From assembly GCA_000165425.1 (NCBI GenBank), contig CT868307.1, forward strand, positions 62,001-126,000: a stretch of DNA of 64,000 nucleotides, given 5' to 3'. Source of the DNA: Paramecium tetraurelia (Eukaryota). The notes below the pieces were generated by a model. It saw only the letters and a program-made list of their open reading frames with translations, did no database searches and had not been told where the DNA came from. Positions within the stretch are counted from its first letter, which is position 1. The number at the start of each line of letters is the position of its first letter. Made by a program: the position numbers and the translations under genes. Below, one piece after another: positions 55,959 through 64,000 of this stretch.

Positions 55959-58290
55959 TTATAATGAGTGTTATATATGATAGATATTTTTATTATAAAT
56001 TAAATTTGTTATGAAGAATATCTTTTACAATTAATCGGAAAGTAAAGAACAAATGAATTAAATGAAAATACTTCTATATTATTATTTTATTGATAATTTA
56101 TCATTGTTAATCATTTAATAATAGCTTTTCAATTTATTTCAAAGATCGTATCATAAAATTCAAATTCATAACCATTTTCAATAACATTGAAAGAATGTTT
56201 AGTCAACATATCAAATAATTAATTTTATAATGAGTTTTCATTTAAAATAATATGTCCTTTAATTAGTTCCAAAAGGTTTTTAAATTTTACATTAGATTGT
56301 CCTGAATAATAATTTCATTATGATTTCATATTCATACTATTCTTTACTTAATATCAAATCAGGGGGATCATAGGCTATTAAATATTTGAAACAGTTTCAC
56401 TTTGACTTTCAATTCCTTTACAAATAATGCTACTTTTATTATTCTACTTCTATCTCAAATTTGACCACGAAAAGCACTTTAGTCTACACTTAATACATCT
56501 TTTCTGAAATTTCATATTTGTTTATCAATCCATTTTGTAACCTCACAACAAGGCTTTCAATTTGAAGTAGTTATTCTATAACAGGTAAAAGTTATTCTTT
56601 TCTATTTTTAAGGAATTCTTGCATTTCTTGAAAATAATGAATATTCTATTAGTGATAATGTTTTCCTTCATGTAAACATTTGACATTAATCTGGATTCCT
56701 GGCAAAACTAATTAAGACAGAAATTTGCAGTTTTGAAATGAGTAGGGGACATTTAAATTTGCGATCATCGACAACTTTCTTTTCGTTAATTTTGATGAAC
56801 CTATATACATTAAATTAAATAATATAAACTCTACATTATAAATTTTATGATAATATATATAAATCAAATTGACTTATATTATTTGCAAATATGAATAACC
56901 ATAATATTAATTTCAAAATTAAAGTTTTTTATAAAATTAGAAAAACTGAATTCTTTAGAATACATGCGATGATTAAAAATAAGTTAATGATAAATAATAT
57001 GATCTTAGCTTGCCAGGTCTGAGCATTAAGTATTTTTGATCCTGTTACAGTCTAGTATAAAATCATCAAAGTAAATATTTAATAAGCTTCTACATATTTA
57101 TCCCTTTGGTTTTTTGTATGGTAATAACTTATTTTGATTACTACCTTTGTATTTAAACATTTTTCCTAAGTTGATGAGTTACTCTTTTAGATTGAATTGA
57201 AAGGTATAAAAAAAAGATAAATATAATTTTTTTCTATTATTAAATACCCATGGATTAAATCACTAATTTTTTCTGTATGAATTTTCTGATCAATATAACA
57301 AAATAATAAATAAGTTCCAAAGAGATGAAGTATTTACTAGATGTAATAAAGAACTGGTGAAAGTGTTGAAATGTAAAAACAATTAATTTTAGCATTGCCA
57401 TATAATAATAGTTGACGAAATATGATTTTAGGTTTTCTAGTTGTTCTAGAACTTGTAATATCACCTTACGAAATGTTGAAGAAAATCAATGCCGCAACAA
57501 ATTTTAAGTATACCTCTTTATCTCCTAATTAAAAAAAATTAGTAGATTGATATTGAAATCATTATTTTAGATTGAGCATTTAGTAGAAATCGATAATTAT
57601 CCAAAATCGGATAAAAATGAATAATTATTTATGCACATTCAATAAAATAAATTTATAATTGCAACCTTAGTACAGGTGAATCTTAAGGAAGAAGAATTTT
57701 CTTAACAAATATGATCTTTTTCTAATATAGTCTACAATTCTATAAACTCACTAAGACTGAGTACACGAAATTAAACTGAAATCGCTTATAAATGTCAAGG
57801 AAAGACATCAAGGAGTAAATTTATAATCAAAAATAGAGACGATTCTGGGATAGCAATATATATATATTGTGTTTCTGAATCTATTGTTATCAATTCATAA
57901 CTTATAAATCATGGAGACATTTTAGTTGATTAAGAAATTAGATTGAGAGATACGGAAATGTGAAGAAGAAACAAAATTTGATACAACAAGTAGTGAATAG
58001 GGAACTTCCTTCAGAAATTGCACCTGCTAACTTAAGAAAACAGAGGAGTAGATCGAGAGAATAAAATATATGAAAGAAGGGGATTTTTGAATTCATGAAA
58101 TTTATAAAAGTGTTGGTTTGCTTAAGTGAGAACATTGTTATGGAATACAAAATGAATGTTAATAGATTCTTCAATAATTGCTTCTATTATTGAAAGTTCC
58201 TTAGATTTTATCATAAAATAGATGTGAGTGAATGATTCGAGTCTAAATAATCATTTTATAAAACAACCTCTAATTAGATTAGTTTTATTA

Positions 58291-60153
58291 ATGATAAAAT
58301 AATAAAATATATAGCAATTATTCCCTAACTTATAGGAATAATCTTATGAGACTCTCCAAAGGGTTTATGAAAATATTGCTCTATAACAATTCCATGTCTT
58401 GGTCTAACAAATAAAAACCAAGTTCCCAATCCCAGAATAAATCAAAGCTGTTTAATTTCCTACACAAGAGAATGCAGTTGAATTCTTTTAGAATTACAAC
58501 CCAATCATTTTAGATTTAACTCATATTTAAGACGTTAAGATTAAGTTATATAAAAATGCAGCATTCTATGGAACCTTGGTTGACGGTTTAAGACAAGGAC
58601 AAGGCATTTTAATTAAATCAACATTACAACTGTACGAAGGTTCTTTTCTGAGAGACAAGAAGGATGGCATAGGATTTGAATTGCTGAAGTAAAATCAATT
58701 TTACTATGGCACTTATCTGAATGGATTGCCACATGGAGAAGGAGTGTTCTGGTCGAAAAACTAGAAGTATATCGGATAATGGCATTAAGGGAAGAAAGTA
58801 AATAACAATTTCTATTTTCAAAGCATGGAATTGGATGGTATCAAGGGAGTCATTCCGATTATTATCTAGGACAATGGGAAAATGGAAGATGTTTTGGACA
58901 TTGCATCTACATCAATGGAGACATGTATAACTGACTAATAATTTTAGATATGTTGGTTATGTTACCAATGATCTCAAACACGGCAATGGTTAAGAGTATT
59001 TTGAAAATGGAGATTACTTTGTTGGAGAATACAAAAATGGGAAACCTAATGGTCATGGGGAATTTTATTGGAATAATGGTAATTTCTATAAAGGAGAATT
59101 TGTGAATGGCCAAAGAAATGGTTAAGGGATGTGGGAGAGTAAGACTCAAGAAGGAGTAAACATATACAAAGGTTAATATGCTAATGATAAAAAATGTGGA
59201 CAAGGAGTGTTTCAATATGCCAATGGAACCAAATATGAAGGCTATTTCATAGATGACAAAAGATGTGGATATGGAGAAATCGTTTGGTAAGACAAGGCCA
59301 CTTATAAGGGTTATTGGGTGGATGGATTGATGGAAGGAGAAGGGATATATGAATACGACACTCTGGTTTTGAAGGGTAATTGGAAAAGCAATTAGTTATA
59401 AACTATCGACAAGGTGAGAGTCTCATTGAATCAATTTCCTCAGTAACACAACTTAAAAGAGATAAATGAAGATGAAGAGGTTAGATCGTAAGTGGCTGAT
59501 GAACCAGATTAGGATGAGATCGGTAATTAATTTTAAACAGAAATTCTTACCTCAAAGACAGATACTATTCCTGGTCCTGTTCAAACTGCTTCTCATTACA
59601 CTAGTCATAATGATGTGTAATTTCATCAGAGATTGCCTATTTTGTAAAGACAATTTGATCTGCTGAGTCTTATTGATTAAGGACTTCATTATTAGACTCT
59701 AGAAGCTTCACACAGATAGAATAGTTCCAGCATTGGCATTCAAACTGATAGCAAAAAGTAGTTCCTTCCTAAATTGGTTCTCAATAAGAAAACTCCTACT
59801 CAATATAGTAGTAGTGTGGATTATCAACAAAATGAGAATAATAAATTTAAGTTTGATTCTTTGTCTAACTCTCCTAATACTCGAGGAACTGATCAATCAA
59901 ATAAATCAAACAGAGAATAGAAGAAACCAAATCGATCTATATAATATAGAAGTAGGAAAAATAAATAAGCATTATTATCAAAGAAGGAGTAGAACATTTG
60001 GGCAATAAAGATGAATAAATTAAAATTAAGTCCTGCTAAGTACACTAAATTATGGAATCATGAAGTAAGATATTGGTTTCTATATAGGTTGTAACTGAGA
60101 TAAAATAGTTTTTATATCCTCCAATCTGGAAACCTCCATCTCATTTATCATGA
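58291..60153 (+). CDS. MORN-repeat protein
   Basis: Many YxGxFxxGxxxGxG repeats (YFVGEYKNGKPNGHGE, YKGEFVNGQRNGQG, YEGYFIDDKRCGYG). Low-complexity C-terminus ending YPPIWKPPSHLS*. Confidence 0.9.
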
Positions 60154-60306
60154 ATTATTAATGCTTAACACTTTATTTTTAATTTAGAATATATTTTTGT
60201 ACTCTATAATTTCCAAGTTCTAAGTTTAAATACATTCTCAAGAATATCATAGATTAACTGAAAAAAAAATACTTGGATCTGAATTTATTAGTTTATAATA
60301 TAAATT

Positions 60307-61673
60307 ATGTAATTATGTTAATTAGAAAAAACTCATAAAATCTCCAACAGCAAAGCCTTTTGTTATCACAAGTAGACAAAGGAGACTTACATTTTAACTA
60401 TCCAACCTCCGAGCGAGTTTAATCGTTTACTTTATCATTTGAATCATCCAAATTTATTACTAGTATAGGAGTTTTGGGAAGAGAGAGGACAGATTTGTTC
60501 TGTTTAGAGGTGCGAAAACATCAATGATTTATAAGAAGTAATGAATAATACGATATTAGATTATGCAAAATAATAAGTTCTCTGAAAATACAATTCTGAC
60601 GATATTATATTAGATCATATCGGCTATGTTTTATTTGGAACAACAATAAATACCTATAACAGTCTCATTGAATAATGTGTTTCTGGATGAATAATTATAG
60701 GTGAAAGTATGATCATAATTGTTATTATTAGATAGATGTTTTGAACATAGTGAACGCATAGCTTTCATTCGCATCTCCTGAAGTCTTAAGGAAGGAGGTT
60801 GAGTCATCTGGAATTTGGAGTGCAGGATGCATAGCATATTACTTAATGAAATGTGAGTTGCCTTTTTCTGGAGCCAATGAGAGATCAATAGCTTATAATA
60901 TTATATATAGGGAACCACCACCAAGTGATTTCTAGGAGTTCCCATTAGTTAGTGCAATATTGAAAGTCATATTCATTAAGAATTGGAAGAGAAGGGCCAC
61001 TACAAAGCAGGTTCTGCAATTCCTGGCTTCCAAATCAGCAACAGTGCAGGAACCTGTTAAATTACTGAGATCGCCATAATCTTCAGTTGGCAAGAATAAA
61101 TCTAGTATGATGCTTAGTAAAATTGACAGAGTAGAATATTCAGATAAATAAACTGACAGCATGAAAATGGATGATAAACAATCTCCATTAGCCAAGGTTC
61201 TCACATTATAAGAATTTGAGGATTAATTGTCTCGTATGAAGGGAAGACCACAATCCTCAATGATAGATGAATCCAATGAAATTATTAACAAAATTAAAAG
61301 AATGAGACCCAATTCTGCAATAACTCTAACTGGAAAGGAGTTTGTCAGAAAGAATATAAAGGAAGAAATTAATTAAAGAAGACAGGTTCAAAGTTCAAAG
61401 CCTTTTCTTGTGAAAAAGAATACTGAAAACTTTGGAGGAAAACATCATAAGGAAGTCTCGATTGATTTGGACAATGCAGATAAATTAAAACATAGCGATA
61501 CTATAAGAGTGTACAATCTAGAGTATTAAGATAATGCCATGCATCCAGCAAAAAATAATAAGGTATTTCTGAAAATATTGAAACCGAAAATGGTATCTGC
61601 TGCAGATTACCCTAAAGAATAGATTTAGGGGATGTAAATGTGGAAAACCAAAATGAACTCAATGCTAATTTGA
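60307..61673 (+). CDS. Pseudokinase (NEK/CAMK-like fold) with long C-tail
   Basis: LNHPNLL, FSENTILTILYQIISAMFYL, NNVFLDEQLQVK, FASPEVL, IWSAGCIAY, PFSG. Lacks GxGxxG, the VAIK lysine, HRD and DFG. Confidence 0.8.
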
Positions 61674-61869
61674 TTGTATTTATATAATTTAACATTTGTT
61701 ATCGATTACAAATATTTCATTATTATAATAATCAAATACTAATCTTAAAAAGATCTTTATAATAAACCATTGATGAATTGGCAACTTAATACAGTTGGGG
61801 TTCATCAATATTTTATTTTTATTATAATTAAATACTAATTTAATATAATACGCAAGTAAATAGATTAAT

Positions 61870-62548
61870 ATGCAGCAATATAAATGTTTAGCATTACCTG
61901 GATGGTTGAATGATGCTGAGATAATGAAGGGTTTAATGGCTCAATTAGATAAAGCTTTGGCCTCTGTGATAAAGTTTGAGTACTTAGATCCTTCCTATGA
62001 TGTTAGTAAGAGTATTTCTCAATTACCCTCCCACATACAAGTGCCATAAGGAGCAGGCAGTAATCTTCTAAAATATTTATAAGAAACACTTTATAGATGG
62101 GGAGATATCCACCTCGATCATTCGTAAGATATAGCCAACTTAAGGGCTAAAATAATTAATGATCCAACAATTGTAGGAGTAGTTGGATTCTCTCACGGAA
62201 CATTATTGGTGACAGAATTAGGATAATTAGCTCATACTGATTAAGAATTGAAGAAGAGACTTAAATTTTTTATGGCATTTTCTTGTCATGGTATTAAAGC
62301 TAAGAAAGAGATTTATTCCTAAAAAAGGTTAATCACTATTCCAACAATTTAATCTTTGGGAACGAGAGATCCCCTTGAATTGGAGTCACTAATATAATCT
62401 AGTGAGTTTTTAAATCCTGTAATCATCTATACTGATTCGAGTAAATGTTAATTTTATAACAGCTCATAGAGTTCCGATTTTTTCATTCGAGTAACTTAAG
62501 AAAATTTAGAAATTTGTTTAATCAGCCTTAGAATAACCTAAATTATGA
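61870..62548 (+). CDS. FSH1/OVCA2-family serine hydrolase
   Basis: CLALPGW..FEYLDP..GVVGFSHG (GxSxG)..IPTIQSLGTRD..AHRVP. Ends QPKL*. Confidence 0.85.
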
Positions 62549-62563
62549 AAATTTATTATTTAA

Positions 62564-63502
62564 TCAAACAAAATTTTCTAGACTCTCAGGAATATCATTT
62601 AGTCTAATCCCTTATTCTTACAAGAGTCTACTCATTTCAATTTCCACTTTATTCAGAAGATTGAGAATTTCTTAATCACCTTAAGCATTTCTGAGACTTG
62701 CAATTTGATCCTCCTCTTCAACTCCAAATTTAGCATAAATCTAATCTTGTATTATTGTGTTGATTATAGTTGGCACCAGTATCACATCTTCTGAGGGCTA
62801 TGACTATATTCTGTAAATATACAATTCGATGTAAAATGTCTTTATAATCTTAAGAGAAGTTCCTCAAAATATTTACACTAAATTGAATAATCTCCTTTGT
62901 TTATTTTAAATTCAATTTTTTAGTTGATTCAATTTTCTCTTTTAGTTTTTGTTTTACACTTGCCTACAACATATACAATTGCTAAAAATATCCCTGATCC
63001 ATTCTCACAAGCACACTCTCCTCGAATATCTCTTTGGGTACATCTAATTCATATAGTAATCTTTTTAATGCCTAATCTAAGACATCTTCGACATTCATGA
63101 TGAATTAGATAATGCTATCAACATAAAATTCTTGTTTTTATTTTCGTAGTCTCCTTCTCTGAACTCGATTCACCTTGCTCAATTTAACATAGTCCTCTCC
63201 TGCTATTTCTAACTATTTGGCATAGATCTCCACTATGCAATTAGCCTCTAAAAAATGATCTTCATTATATCTAATCTCAATATCTTTGCTAATTTCTAAT
63301 TTTTAATCTATAGATCGATCGTTTGTATCCAAATATTGATCTAAATCATGCTTCCAAAATAATTTCTCTAAGCTTTGTTTCTCTTTAGCGCTCATTTTCA
63401 TGTAATAGGCGCTATGAAATATTCAATAAACGCTTACCAAAAGCCTACTATTCCTAATGAGGATAATAAGACTACTTTATTTTTAGATATTGCTTATCCC
63501 AT
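62564..63502 (-). CDS. N-anchored helical protein of unknown function
   Basis: MGQAISKNKVVLLSSLGIVGFCAYYMK (one TM), 26-nt intron, helical body ending SLENFV*. Confidence 0.7.
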
Positions 63503-64000
63503 AATTAATTATATTATAATTTTGAATTATTATCATGTAATGGTTTTTAGAGAATTATTTGAAGCATATTATTCATACTTAGATATATTGAAGATATGGA
63601 TATCAGCAATAAGTAATTACCATGGAAAATTACTTTTTTATAAAAGGAATTTAAACCATAATAAATTATCTTTTAATGTTTATCTGCAAAAGTGATTTTC
63701 TAATGATCTGAAACTCTAGAACTATTAGAACTCTATGCTTTAGTAATATTATTCTGAGGTAAATTATGTATTCACTTGTAGAATTATATTAATAAACAAA
63801 AATTCTATTAATATTGTAGATAAAAATCAAATCCTAAATAATAATAATTAGGTTCTATTTTCATAATCCAGTTCGAATTCATTTTACTCTATACAAATAA
63901 CACCTAAATATTGTTATATAATTATTTTAGTAATAGATTATTTGTTTGTACGCTCATTATTTATTAATATCTATAAAGGTTGTGTTCCTACTATCATCTA

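Noticed and set aside
63375..63695. 106-aa plus-strand ORF from the track
   Set aside because: Partly antisense to a real gene and its promoter; no recognisable motif.

Overview
AT-rich, gene-dense ciliate macronuclear DNA, almost certainly Paramecium. TAA/TAG are read as Gln (translation table 6), TGA is the only stop, introns are tiny (~20-30 nt GT..AG), and there is a T3G3/T2G4 telomeric tract. The supplied ORF track stops at TAA/TAG and fragments nearly every gene, so I re-translated by hand with table 6. All product calls are motif recognition by eye, not database searches. About 40 protein genes are supportable: two Cys-rich mini-antigens, a HEATR6-like protein, a UBC4/5 E2, NSUN2/Trm4 with a Q35 tract, a RING-H2 ligase with CDC48-N-like repeats, tandem EamA/DMT transporters, a pseudokinase-kinase, two giant convergent surface/TM proteins, a dynamin-related protein, a CFAP52-like WD40 protein, Pth1, a TRAF-like RING protein, PYROXD2, two CDPKs, a trichocyst-matrix-like protein, REEP/YOP1, SAS6-like, a 3R-Myb, a small Tim, a cyclin, a MORN protein, a pseudokinase and an FSH1 hydrolase. 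The most striking feature is a 47-bp internal telomeric tract (4237-4283). It interrupts one gene and abuts a mini-antigen gene lacking an in-frame start: either a telomere-healed and rejoined rearrangement junction or an assembly chimera. No tRNA, rRNA, CRISPR or transposon was recognised.
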